Of a DNA stretch of 64,000 bases, positions 26,742-36,055 are shown in pieces; position 1 is the first letter of the stretch; the number at the start of each line of letters is the position of its first letter. The notes under the pieces are model-generated. The model worked only from the letters and a program-made list of their open reading frames with translations. It did no database searches and was not told the DNA's origin. The position numbers were made by a program, and so were the translations under genes. The stretch lies in the NCBI GenBank assembly GCA_041501225.1, contig JBGQNR010000005.1, positions 3,661-67,660 on the forward strand, written 5' to 3'. Origin of the DNA: Acidobacteriota bacterium. Lineage in GTDB: Bacteria > Acidobacteriota > UBA6911.

Positions 26742-27653
26742 ATGTTGAGGAGCCGAAGCCTTTATCGGAAGAGTGCCTTTGTTTTTGCATTGCTGATCGT
26801 TGCGGCAGCATTCAGCCAGGAAGCGCCCGAATACGGACCGCCGAACGGCACCCTGGTCATCGTCGGCGGCAACCTGAAAAATCAGGCGATCTACGACCGC
26901 TTTATCCAGCTCGCAGGCGGACCGGATGCCAATTTCGTGATCGTCCCCACCGCCGGCGGAAACAAAAACCCCGACGGGACTATTCGTGTATACAAAGAGG
27001 AAGACGTAGTCGCCCCCTGGAAAAAGCGCGGACTCAAGAACGTCACTATGCTGCACACGCATGACCCCAAGGTCGCCAATACCGAGGAGTTCGTACAGAA
27101 TTTGAGGAAGGCGAATGCCGTATGGTTCGATGGCGGCCGGCAATGGAACTGCGTCGACTCCTATGCCAACACGCTGACCTTCAAGGAATTTCACAAGGTG
27201 CTGGAGCGCGGAGGCGTGATTGCAGGCTCTTCCGCAGGCGCGACCATCCAGGGCGCCTATCTGGTGCGGGGAGCCATATCAGGTCCCGACGTCATGATGG
27301 CCCCCGAGCCGGAGCATCAGGCGGCATTCGGTTTTCTGCGCCGCTCAGCCATCGACCAGCACATCAACGCGCGGAACCGTTGGGATGATCTGATCCCGGT
27401 CATCAAGAAATTTCCTGACCTGCTCGGCATCGGGCTTTCGGAAGACACGGCGATCGTGGTCAAGGGGGACACCTTCGAGGTCATGGGCACCTGGAAAGTC
27501 GCAATTCACGACACTACCAGGCTCTACCAACCCTGGGAAAAACCCTATTACGTGCTCTCTGCCGGTGATGTTTACAACATGAAGACGCGCAAAATTGTCA
27601 AACTGGGCGACGGCACCCAGAGGCCGGCGCAACCGGCGAAGAAACACCCGTAG
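26742..27653 (+). CDS. secreted S51-family (cyanophycinase-like) peptidase / class-I glutamine-amidotransferase-like protein
   Basis: Signal peptide MLRSRSLYRKSAFVFALLIVAAAFS. Motifs LVIVGGN..., FVIVPTAGG, AVWFDGGRQW and GGVIAGSSAGATIQG (nucleophile Ser). Confidence 0.65.
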   Translation: MLRSRSLYRKSAFVFALLIVAAAFSQEAPEYGPPNGTLVIVGGNLKNQAIYDRFIQLAGGPDANFVIVPTAGGNKNPDGTIRVYKEEDVVAPWKKRGLKNVTMLHTHDPKVANTEEFVQNLRKANAVWFDGGRQWNCVDSYANTLTFKEFHKVLERGGVIAGSSAGATIQGAYLVRGAISGPDVMMAPEPEHQAAFGFLRRSAIDQHINARNRWDDLIPVIKKFPDLLGIGLSEDTAIVVKGDTFEVMGTWKVAIHDTTRLYQPWEKPYYVLSAGDVYNMKTRKIVKLGDGTQRPAQPAKKHP

Positions 27654-27664
27654 ACATCCTCGGG

Positions 27665-28690
27665 TTATCCCAGCGGCAGCGTTCCCAATGCGCGCATCCC
27701 GGTAATGGCCTCTCGCCACCCTGCCACCAGATCGAATTCCGGTGCGAAACCCAGTTCCATCCGGATGCGCTCGCTGCTGACGGCGACATCTTCCGTATAC
27801 TTTTTGAGCCTAGCTCCAAAGGCAGGCTTGCGCCCGATCAGTTGTGCGGCGCCATCGAGAGTGCCTGCCACGCATCGCGCCAATCCCAGCGGAACGGAAA
27901 CGGCGGGGGGCTTTCTCCCAAGGGCGAGACAGATAGCGGAGATGATCTCCCGGATGGTGTGGAATTGACCATCGGAGACGTTGAATATTTTCCCGGCAGC
28001 AACAGGATGGCCTACGGCCAACAACGCCGCGCGCGCGGCATCGTCGACGTAGAGGATTGTGCGGCGATTGGTGCCATCTCCAACGGGAATGAATCGTCCT
28101 TTCGCCAAAGCCTGCACCAGTTGCTGATAGTTGCCCTTGAGGCGCGCCCCATAAATGGCACCGCACCTCAATACGGTTCCGTTGACTTTGCCGGCGGCTG
28201 CGGAAGCGCCGAGTATGATCTTCTCAGCTTCTAGCTTGGTCATGGCATAAAACGTATCCGGCCGGGTTGGGCTGGCTTCAGACAAGATTTCTCCCCGCAG
28301 CCCGCCGTAAACCGAAATCGTGCTGAAATACACCACCCGTTTCGTCCCGGCCCGCGCCGCTGCCTCCATGATCGCAGCTGTTCCATCCACGTTGACGCGT
28401 TCATACTCCTTGCGCATGGATAAAGGCGGATCCAGCACGTGGAGCAGAGCCGCAAGGTGCACCACCGCATCCATACCTTTCATCGCGGACCTGACAGCCG
28501 TCACGTCCCTGATATCCCCGATGCGCACATCGACATCTTCGGGCATTAATCCTGCTGCAGGCGCTTCAAGGGAGAGAGTGCGCACACGACACCCTGCGGC
28601 ACGCAACACACGGACCACTCGCGGACCCACACACCCGGTCGAACCGGTCACGAGGACAGTTTCAGGGATAATCATCGCCTCATCTTGCAT
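27665..28690 (-). CDS. NAD-dependent sugar epimerase/dehydratase (SDR)
   Basis: VLVTGSTGCVGPRVVRVL Rossmann motif and a YAMTKLEAE catalytic YxxxK. Confidence 0.8.
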   Translation of the reverse strand: MQDEAMIIPETVLVTGSTGCVGPRVVRVLRAAGCRVRTLSLEAPAAGLMPEDVDVRIGDIRDVTAVRSAMKGMDAVVHLAALLHVLDPPLSMRKEYERVNVDGTAAIMEAAARAGTKRVVYFSTISVYGGLRGEILSEASPTRPDTFYAMTKLEAEKIILGASAAAGKVNGTVLRCGAIYGARLKGNYQQLVQALAKGRFIPVGDGTNRRTILYVDDAARAALLAVGHPVAAGKIFNVSDGQFHTIREIISAICLALGRKPPAVSVPLGLARCVAGTLDGAAQLIGRKPAFGARLKKYTEDVAVSSERIRMELGFAPEFDLVAGWREAITGMRALGTLPLG

Positions 28691-28794
28691 GCGCTCTCGC
28701 AGGGGGTCAAAAGCTCTCCTCTGAATGCCATTGATACGGAATGTGTCAAATCAATGCAATCCGTCGTTCGGGCGCAATTCTGGTCGATTTTTGT

Positions 28795-30741
28795 CTACGG
28801 CCTTTGAGCATCCGACCACGCCTGAAACATGAGAACAGCCCATAGAGCATGATCCGCTTTCCGTTTTCCGGCGAGATGGTCGGCCCATGCGCTCCGCACG
28901 GGTTCGGGTCTCAAGAACCCGCCTTCGCGCAAGCGCTTCTCCTGGAGCAGCTCTTCCGACCAATCACGCAAACTGCCCCGCAGCCAGGCTCCGAGGGGTA
29001 TGCCGAATCCCATTTTGGGTCTTTCGACCAGGTGTGGCGGAACATGCCGGCGAAGCACCTGGCGCAAAAGCCATTTGGATTTGCCGCTGCGCTGCTTGAA
29101 ACTCAAGGGGAGTTTCCAAGCCCACTCGGCAACCCGATGATCAAGCAGGGGGCTCCTGGCTTCGAGGCTGACGCCCATGCTGGCACGGTCCACCTTCACA
29201 AGGATGTCGTCGGGCAGATACGTTACGAGATCACAAAACATCATGCGCTCTGTGAAGTCAGGAAAACGCTCGCGCAAATCAGGGTCATCCAGAATGGTGT
29301 TTGGTTCCCTTCCATCGATCACCAGGTCGTTGGGATTCTTCCAGACACTCACCAGGCTGCGATAGAGGCCGTCCGGATTGGCAGCCGCCAGCAATGCCGC
29401 GAGCTTGTGCGCTTTATCGCCGGGAAGCGTCTGCCGCCAACGACCCGGCAGCAAGGGAGCCAAGCCTTGATAGATCAGGTCCCACATCCTTGTCGGAACG
29501 GCCTGGATGGCTTCGGCCGTGAGACGGCGGGCAGCCGGGGGCGACCGGCGCATGAGATTCCAGATCCGTTGCGCGATCATGTAGCGCGTGTATCCGCCGA
29601 ACAGCTCGTCTCCCCCGTCGCCGGAGAGACATACGGTCACATGTTTTCTCGCCATCCGGCAGACGAGAAACGTGGGAATCTGGGAGGAATCGGCAAACGG
29701 TTCGTCATAATACCGCGGCAGGTCCGGGATGACCTCTTGCGCCTGCTCGGGCGTCACATACAGTTCGGTATGTTCGGTGTGCAGATGCGCTGCGACGGCT
29801 TTCGCGGCCACCGCTTCGTTATACGCGGCTTCGCTGAAGCCAATGGTAAAGGTCCGGACGGGGCGCGTGCTGAGCTGCTGCATCAGCGCTACGACGACCG
29901 ATGAGTCGATGCCTCCGGAAAGCATGGCTCCTAAAGGAACATCAGAAATCATCCTGCGGCCGATCGCATCCAGCAGCAACGACTCCAGATCCCGTACGGC
30001 TTCCTTCTCATTAAGGTCGAGCCGGAGGCCCAATCCCTCTTGAGCTACTTTACCGGCATCCCAGTAAGAGCGGACTTCTGTCGGCTGCTCTGTTCGAACC
30101 AGGGCAATGTGGCCCGGAAGGAGTTTGCGGGCCGATTGATAGATCGAATAGGGCGCGGGCACATAGCCATAGCGCAGATAACCCGCAAGTGCGTCGCGAC
30201 TGATGGTGGCATCAAACGCCGGATGAGCGCGCAAGGCTTTGAGTTCCGAGGCGAATAGAAACACCCCACCCGCGTCGGCGTAGTAAAGCGGCTTTTTGCC
30301 CAGGCGGTCGCGGGCCAGGTAGAGGATGCGATCCACCCGATCCCAAAGGGCAATTGCAAACATGCCCCAGAGGCGCCTACAGGCCGATTCGACTCCCCAG
30401 AAGGCTGCAGCTTCGAGCAAAACCTCGGTGTCCGAAGTACTGCGGAAGCGCACTCCGTGCTTCTCCAGATCGGCGCGCAAATCGCGGAAGTTGTAAATCG
30501 CGCCGTTGAAGACGAGAACGAATCGCCCGTCAGCGGAAAGCATCGGCTGGTGGGCCGCTGCGGACAAATCGATGATGGCAAGGCGGCGGAAGCCAAATGC
30601 CAGTCCCGCCGGTGTATCCACCCAGAAACCGGCATCGTCGGGGCCGCGGTGCGCCAGCGTGTCTGCCATGCGCATGACCTGATCACGGAGAGTGTCCGTC
30701 GTCGTCACGGAGGGCTGCAGGAAACCAGTCAAGCCGCACAT
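28795..30741 (-). CDS. asparagine synthase (glutamine-hydrolysing)-family amidotransferase, copy 1
   Basis: The N-terminal nucleophile MCGLTGF, RGPDD, RLAIIDLS, and the PP-loop GAMLSGGIDSS are all present. Confidence 0.85.
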   Translation of the reverse strand: MCGLTGFLQPSVTTTDTLRDQVMRMADTLAHRGPDDAGFWVDTPAGLAFGFRRLAIIDLSAAAHQPMLSADGRFVLVFNGAIYNFRDLRADLEKHGVRFRSTSDTEVLLEAAAFWGVESACRRLWGMFAIALWDRVDRILYLARDRLGKKPLYYADAGGVFLFASELKALRAHPAFDATISRDALAGYLRYGYVPAPYSIYQSARKLLPGHIALVRTEQPTEVRSYWDAGKVAQEGLGLRLDLNEKEAVRDLESLLLDAIGRRMISDVPLGAMLSGGIDSSVVVALMQQLSTRPVRTFTIGFSEAAYNEAVAAKAVAAHLHTEHTELYVTPEQAQEVIPDLPRYYDEPFADSSQIPTFLVCRMARKHVTVCLSGDGGDELFGGYTRYMIAQRIWNLMRRSPPAARRLTAEAIQAVPTRMWDLIYQGLAPLLPGRWRQTLPGDKAHKLAALLAAANPDGLYRSLVSVWKNPNDLVIDGREPNTILDDPDLRERFPDFTERMMFCDLVTYLPDDILVKVDRASMGVSLEARSPLLDHRVAEWAWKLPLSFKQRSGKSKWLLRQVLRRHVPPHLVERPKMGFGIPLGAWLRGSLRDWSEELLQEKRLREGGFLRPEPVRSAWADHLAGKRKADHALWAVLMFQAWSDAQRP

Positions 30742-30765
30742 TGCAGGTATTCAACTCCTCAAACT

Positions 30766-31905
30766 TTACACGCCAAAGCGAGCGAAGAAATTCTCATATT
30801 CCCGCACGGAGCGTTCCATGGTGAAGTTCTGCAGCACCCGCTCGCGCGCGGCGCGGCCCAGAGCCAGTCTCTTTGCCGATCCCATGGCTATGGCGTGCAG
30901 AAGACCCTGAGCCAGAGCTTCCGGGTCCCCGCGCGGGACAATGATGCCTTCGTCTCCCAGAATCTGCCGCGTATCGCCGGCATCGGTAGCAACGCAGACT
31001 ACCCCACAGGCCATCGCCTCCACCACTGTGTTCGGAAATGCCTCGCTGCGGGAGGCGGAGCAGGCGATATCCAACGCCGCCGTAAAACGGGGAACGTCCC
31101 GGCGTTCCCCGAGCAAATGAACGCGGCCGGCAAGCTGCCTGTAATCCAGGGCAGCCGCAAGCTCCCGGTTATGGTTGTCCATACCCTTGCCGGCGAAGGC
31201 AAAGTGCACCGTATTGTCTGCCTGGGCCACGTGTTTTGCGGCTGCGATGAAATTGGCGTGGTCCTTCATGGGATCAAAGCGCGCCACCAGGCCGGCAAGA
31301 GTATCCTGCGACCGCAGGCCCAATTCACTTCGTACACAATCCCGGGCCTTGTCATCCGGTTTAAACTCCGAGGGATCGACGCCGTTTCTGATCAGCACCC
31401 ATGCGCGCGGCCGATAACCTATCTCCGCATGGAAAGATTTCCCTCGTTCTGAATTCACGATAACTGCAGACGGATAGCAAGAAAGCTTCGTGCCCAACCG
31501 GCGGATCCAGCCTGAAAGGGAGCGATACCTGGACATGTCCATGTCTGCGGCCCGCAAGTTCCACGCGATGTCGCGCACTCCGGCCAGTTTTCCCGCCATC
31601 AGGCCGAGCAAATCGGCATGGTAAAGCCACGTCATCAGAAGATCCGGCCGGTCCTGCCGCAACCAGCGAGTCAGCCTGACCAGTCCGGCAGGCGAAACAG
31701 CGCCGCGTTTCAACCCGAGCGAGCGGACCTCGACCCCCAGTTCCCTGATGCGCATCCCCACCGGCCCCGGTTCGAGCAGCGAGATCACGCTGCACTCGAA
31801 CCGCTCCCGGTTCAAAGCGGCAAGGAGCCGGAACAAAAACATTTCGGCTCCTCCGGTATCGAGGCTGGAAATGAGATGAAAGATTTTTCGCATGTCCGTC
31901 CGCAA
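30766..31905 (-). CDS. glycosyltransferase family 4 (GT-B)
   Basis: IFHLISSLDTGGAEMFLFRL at the N-terminus and the C-terminal SRSEAFPNTVVEAMACGVVCVATDAGD (EX7E-type motif). Confidence 0.8.
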   Translation of the reverse strand: MRTDMRKIFHLISSLDTGGAEMFLFRLLAALNRERFECSVISLLEPGPVGMRIRELGVEVRSLGLKRGAVSPAGLVRLTRWLRQDRPDLLMTWLYHADLLGLMAGKLAGVRDIAWNLRAADMDMSRYRSLSGWIRRLGTKLSCYPSAVIVNSERGKSFHAEIGYRPRAWVLIRNGVDPSEFKPDDKARDCVRSELGLRSQDTLAGLVARFDPMKDHANFIAAAKHVAQADNTVHFAFAGKGMDNHNRELAAALDYRQLAGRVHLLGERRDVPRFTAALDIACSASRSEAFPNTVVEAMACGVVCVATDAGDTRQILGDEGIIVPRGDPEALAQGLLHAIAMGSAKRLALGRAARERVLQNFTMERSVREYENFFARFGV

Positions 31906-31943
31906 AGTATATGGGAATTACGGGAACAGTCACCATAATTCAT

Positions 31944-32268
31944 GGAATGCGGACTGCGATTCAGACAGTGGAGAAGATCGCACCGCGAAGACCTCAAAGA
32001 CCGCAAAGAGGACAATGCGATTCTTCACTCCCGGGGGCCAACGCTTCGCGTTGCGCCATTCTCGGCCTTGAGCGGCGGAAAAGCCGATGAGTGCAGGCTG
32101 AAGAGCAAGAGTCGGCGCAGCTTTTCCGCCGTTCACGGCCGAGAATGACGGCCGAAGGCAGCCCCCGGGCGGGTCTGGGAGTCAGCTTTGCGGTCTCTGA
32201 GGTCTTCGCGGTGAAAAGATGATCGATTTCTACTTTCCATGCCCACTGTCTGAATCGCAGGGAATGCG
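31944..32268 (+). mobile_element. MITE family B, copy 1, with 18-bp TIRs and 8-bp target-site duplication
   Basis: GGAATGCG (31944..31951) ... ctgcgattcagacagtgg (31954..31971) ... ccactgtctgaatcgcag (32243..32260) | GGAATGCG (32261..32268). There is no ORF of transposase size. It lies in the divergent promoter region between 31905(-) and 32366(+). Confidence 0.8.
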
Positions 32269-32365
32269 AACCGTGGGTTGCGCTCCATGGGATTTTCGTG
32301 AATAATCCCTCTTCAGGATACCGTATCCCTGATACCCATGAATTTGGGGAAATGAGAGTTTGAGT

Positions 32366-33907
32366 ATGCCAAAAGAGGGATCTTTGCCTGCCCAGGTGAG
32401 TCTCGAACAGAGTCTCGACGCATACGAGTACGTGATTTCGAAGTTCGGGTATGAACCGGTCATACGCCCTGGCAGGATTGAGCTCCTCGGGTGGTCTTTG
32501 GATTATGCCTGTGGTCCGGCCCTGGCCACCTTCATCGACCAGATCCTCATCCGGCGTTTGAACGATTTATCTCCGGACAACGACCAGCCTGTCATCCTCG
32601 ACTGCGGCGCCAACATCGGTTTCAGTGTGCTCCATTACAAGCGCTGTTTTCCCCGGGCAAAAATTGTCGCCTTTGAACCTGATCCGCAGTTCGCGCCGCT
32701 GTTGAGGAGCAACCTCGCCCGCAATGGAGCCACCGATGTGGAAGTCGTCGAAGCTGCGGCCTGGATCCGGCAAGGCGAAGCCCGCTGGCTGTGTGAGGGA
32801 ATCGACGGCAGCAAAATCATTGCAGAGGGGCCGGCGACGCCCAACACGGTCGTCGTCCGAACGGTTGATCTGGCCGACTACCTTTCCGGTACGGTGGACC
32901 TGCTAAAGCTGGACATCGAGGGGGCCGAATATACGGTGCTCGACCATCTGCGCGACCGACTGCAAAGGGTCAAGAATCTCTTGATCGAATGTCACCTTGA
33001 CCAGACCAATGTTGCGCAATTCGGGAGGATGCTGGGTATCCTGGTCGCGGCCGGATTCAAGACCAGCGTGAATTCCTTTGGCCCGTGGCGAGACCTGATC
33101 CGTCAGGAACCCGTTGGCCCGAATCATTGGGAGCAATATTTGCTCGTCGCGGCATGGCGCAATCCCATTCCGCAGGTTGTTTCGGAGAATCCCTTGCTCC
33201 CCTATACGGGCGCACAGCCCAGCCTGGAAATGCGCATGCTGCGCGCCCAAGCATCGAATCTGGGCCAGGAACTTCGGACGGCACAAGCCCGGCCGAACCA
33301 GTTCCTGGCATTGCTGCGCGCTTTCCTGGCCAGCGGCGGAGAGACCCTGCAAATCCGCCGGCTCGAGACCCGCTTCGAAAAGAGTGATGGCCGCTGTTGG
33401 TTTTTGAATATTCCAGATCTCGAATCCATCGCGGACGACGAACAAAACCCGACACGTTCCACCCTATTGCTTTTCGAGGATCAAAACCCGCTGGGTTCTC
33501 CACACAGCCTGCATAAGGAAATCGTCAAACAGGGCGGCGGCCTCTATTCGCACTGGAAATCCGTTCTTTACTTATCCACCTCCGATGGTTCCGATCCTAA
33601 TACCAATGGACGGAAATATACCATCGTATTCGTCGAGAAAGAGTCCGGTGAAGGACGCCCCATACTCCGGGAACGCCTTGAGGCGCGCGAGCATTTGCTC
33701 AATCAGCTTGACGCCACTCTCACCGGACGGCAGGCCGGCCTGATTGAGCGCGAAAACGGTCTGGCGCAGCGCAACTTGATCTTGGCTGAACACGAGGCCG
33801 ACCTGGTGAAGCGCGAGTCGATCCTGGAAGATCGATTGCGCGAATATGAGGCGCGCTTGTTGGTGCGCATCGGGGCTTTCATCCGCCGGCGTTTTCGTAC
33901 CAATTGA
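32366..33907 (+). CDS. FkbM-family methyltransferase fused to recurrent module (B-type), coiled coil and basic amphipathic tail
   Basis: FkbM core ILDCGANIGFSVLHY...IVAFEPDP...LLKLDIEGAEYTVLDHL. The module is aa 342-424 of the track ORF. A heptad-like region ~33665..33868 reads ERLEAREHLLNQLDATLTGRQAGLIERENGLAQRNLILAEHEADLVKRESILEDRLREYEARL, followed by the tail RIGAFIRRRFRTN. Confidence 0.8.
   Translation: MPKEGSLPAQVSLEQSLDAYEYVISKFGYEPVIRPGRIELLGWSLDYACGPALATFIDQILIRRLNDLSPDNDQPVILDCGANIGFSVLHYKRCFPRAKIVAFEPDPQFAPLLRSNLARNGATDVEVVEAAAWIRQGEARWLCEGIDGSKIIAEGPATPNTVVVRTVDLADYLSGTVDLLKLDIEGAEYTVLDHLRDRLQRVKNLLIECHLDQTNVAQFGRMLGILVAAGFKTSVNSFGPWRDLIRQEPVGPNHWEQYLLVAAWRNPIPQVVSENPLLPYTGAQPSLEMRMLRAQASNLGQELRTAQARPNQFLALLRAFLASGGETLQIRRLETRFEKSDGRCWFLNIPDLESIADDEQNPTRSTLLLFEDQNPLGSPHSLHKEIVKQGGGLYSHWKSVLYLSTSDGSDPNTNGRKYTIVFVEKESGEGRPILRERLEAREHLLNQLDATLTGRQAGLIERENGLAQRNLILAEHEADLVKRESILEDRLREYEARLLVRIGAFIRRRFRTN
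33383..33631 (+). other. recurrent ~82-aa module, B-type copy (in FkbM methyltransferase)
   Basis: SDGRCWFLNIPDLESIADDEQNPTRSTLLLFEDQNPLGSPHSLHKEIVKQGGGLYSHWKSVLYLSTSDGSDPNTNGRKYTIVF. Confidence 0.7.
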
Positions 33908-33929
33908 TAATCATGAAATATAGTGACGG

Positions 33930-34030
33930 AAATAAGATTCCCAGCCCCGAAGGGGCGGAAAGATAATAGCCCCGGGCGTGAGCCCGGGGTTGTGAGCAGA
34001 TGAGGAAGGAGCCCTGAAGGGGCGACACAT
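33930..34030. repeat. partial copy related to the right half of the 23310..23560 MITE (opposite orientation)
   Basis: ccccgaaggggcgg...agccccgggcgtgagcccgggg...gagccctgaaggggcgacaca parallels the reverse complement of 23440..23540 (ccccgaaggga...aggcgcaagccctggg...gagccctggaagggcgaaaca). Confidence 0.45.
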
Positions 34031-34126
34031 CCATCCTCGGAATATCATCACCATAATATCTGATTCTAAATAGTTCGACAATTTCCGTCGATCGTCAGAT
34101 GCGTCCCGGAGAGTAAGGAATCAGGA

Positions 34127-36055
34127 ATGTGCGGAATATGCGGAATCTTATATTTTGATCAAGCCCGGCACGCACCAGAGGGCCTGGTGCATCAAATGAC
34201 CCGCGTTCTCCGCCACCGCGGCCCCGATGATGCCGGCGCCTGGATTAAAAACAACGTCGGCCTTGGCCAGGCGCGCCTTTCCATCATCGATCTCAGCCCG
34301 CTCGGGCGCCAGCCGATGTCCAATGAAGACGGGACCGTGTGGATCACCCTGAACGGTGAAATCTACAACTATCCGGAGCTCCATGAAGAGCTGATCAAAA
34401 AAGGGCACACGTTTCACTCGCGGACCGATACTGAAACCGTCATTCATTTGTGGGAAGAGGAAGGCGAACGTTGTGTCGAGCGTTTGCGCGGGATGTTCGC
34501 CTTCGCGATCTGGGATGACAGGCAGCAGACTCTTTTCCTCGCGCGTGATCGCGAGGGCAAAAAGCCGCTGTTTTACGCGCTCCTGAAGGATCGCCTCCTC
34601 TTCGGCTCCGAGATCAAAGCCATTCTCCAGGATGCAGAATTCAAGCCGGAGCCGGACCTCGAGGCAATCCATCATTACCTCGCGTACCAGTCGGTCCCTT
34701 CGCCCTACTGCGCATTTAAGGGCATCCGAAAGCTGCCGCCTGCACATTCCCTCTTGATCAAGAACGGACACGGGGCGCCTCGCCGATACTGGAAGCTGTC
34801 ATATCGCAATAAGCTGACGGTGAATGGCGATGGCGACCTGACCAGCCTCCAGAACGAGATTATTGAACGGCTCCGCGAAGCGATTCGAATTCGCTTGATG
34901 AGCGATGTGCCGCTCGGCGCGTTTCTCTCCGGGGGGATTGACTCATCCATCATTGTCGCGTTGATGGCGGGATTGATGGATCAGCCGGTCAAAACTTTTT
35001 CCATCGGTTTCACGTCGGATGAATATGACGAACGGCCGTTTGCACGCATGGTGGCCGAGCGTTACGGCACCGATCACCATGAATTTGTGGTCACTCCGGA
35101 CGCCCAGGCCATTTTCCCGGAGCTCGTCTGGCATTACAACGAACCTTTCGCCGATTCATCTGCTATCCCGACCTACTATGTCTCGAAACTCGCGCGCGAG
35201 TATGTCACCGTTGTCTTGACCGGCGATGGCGGCGATGAAAACTTCGCCGGCTATCCGCGCTACCAGAACCAGGGCGAATATGCCCTGCAGCCCGCCTTTC
35301 CATCCCTGTTTTCGCGCTTTGCTCGCCCGGACCAGGTGTTGCGATCCTTTGTGTTCAAGAACGACTGGCGCCGCTCATTTCGCCGCCTCAAAGCGCTTGA
35401 CCAGAAGCGGTTGCTCTATTATCTCCGGATCACCCACTTTCACGAAAATTATCAGACGCAACTGTATACGCCTGAATTCAGACGCCAACTCGGCGACATC
35501 TGTACCGTGGACCTGATGCTGGATAAATATCGTGATTCCGACGCGCGCGACTTCCTGGATGCGACCCTCGATGTGGACCTCGGGCTGTACCTGCCCGACA
35601 CTTTGATGGCCAAGACCGACATTGCGGCGATGGCGCACGCGCTCGAGCTCCGCGCCCCGATGCTCGACCACCATTTTCTCGAGTTCGTTGCGCGCATCCC
35701 CGCGAATTTGAAATTGAAGGACGGCACCGAGAGCAAGTTCATCTTCAAGAAGGCGGTGGAGCCTTACCTGCCGAAGGAAGTAATCTATCGAAAGAAGATG
35801 GGATTTGGCGTGCCCATCGACCACTGGTTCCGCCACGAGTTGAAGGAGATGGCTTACGACACGCTCCTCGACGCGCGCGCGATCGGCCGCGGGTACTTCC
35901 GTCGGGACTACATCGAGAGCATACTCAACCGCCACCAGTCCGGCGAGACGTGGCAGTACCTGATCTGGAACCTGCTCATGCTCGAACTGTGGCATTTGAT
36001 GTTCATCGACCAGACTATGCCGGTTCCGGCGGAACACGCGTTAACCATCCCATGA
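34127..36055 (+). CDS. asparagine synthase (glutamine-hydrolysing)-family amidotransferase, copy 2
   Basis: MCGICGI nucleophile, RGPDD, RLSIIDLS, and the PP-loop GAFLSGGIDSS. Its stop overlaps the next start (ATGA at 36052). Confidence 0.85.
   Translation: MCGICGILYFDQARHAPEGLVHQMTRVLRHRGPDDAGAWIKNNVGLGQARLSIIDLSPLGRQPMSNEDGTVWITLNGEIYNYPELHEELIKKGHTFHSRTDTETVIHLWEEEGERCVERLRGMFAFAIWDDRQQTLFLARDREGKKPLFYALLKDRLLFGSEIKAILQDAEFKPEPDLEAIHHYLAYQSVPSPYCAFKGIRKLPPAHSLLIKNGHGAPRRYWKLSYRNKLTVNGDGDLTSLQNEIIERLREAIRIRLMSDVPLGAFLSGGIDSSIIVALMAGLMDQPVKTFSIGFTSDEYDERPFARMVAERYGTDHHEFVVTPDAQAIFPELVWHYNEPFADSSAIPTYYVSKLAREYVTVVLTGDGGDENFAGYPRYQNQGEYALQPAFPSLFSRFARPDQVLRSFVFKNDWRRSFRRLKALDQKRLLYYLRITHFHENYQTQLYTPEFRRQLGDICTVDLMLDKYRDSDARDFLDATLDVDLGLYLPDTLMAKTDIAAMAHALELRAPMLDHHFLEFVARIPANLKLKDGTESKFIFKKAVEPYLPKEVIYRKKMGFGVPIDHWFRHELKEMAYDTLLDARAIGRGYFRRDYIESILNRHQSGETWQYLIWNLLMLELWHLMFIDQTMPVPAEHALTIP

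Noticed and set aside
28849-31452. Long plus-strand ORFs 28849..29904 and 30457..31452
   Set aside because: They are antisense to the AsnB-like and GT4 genes, which have clear catalytic motifs.
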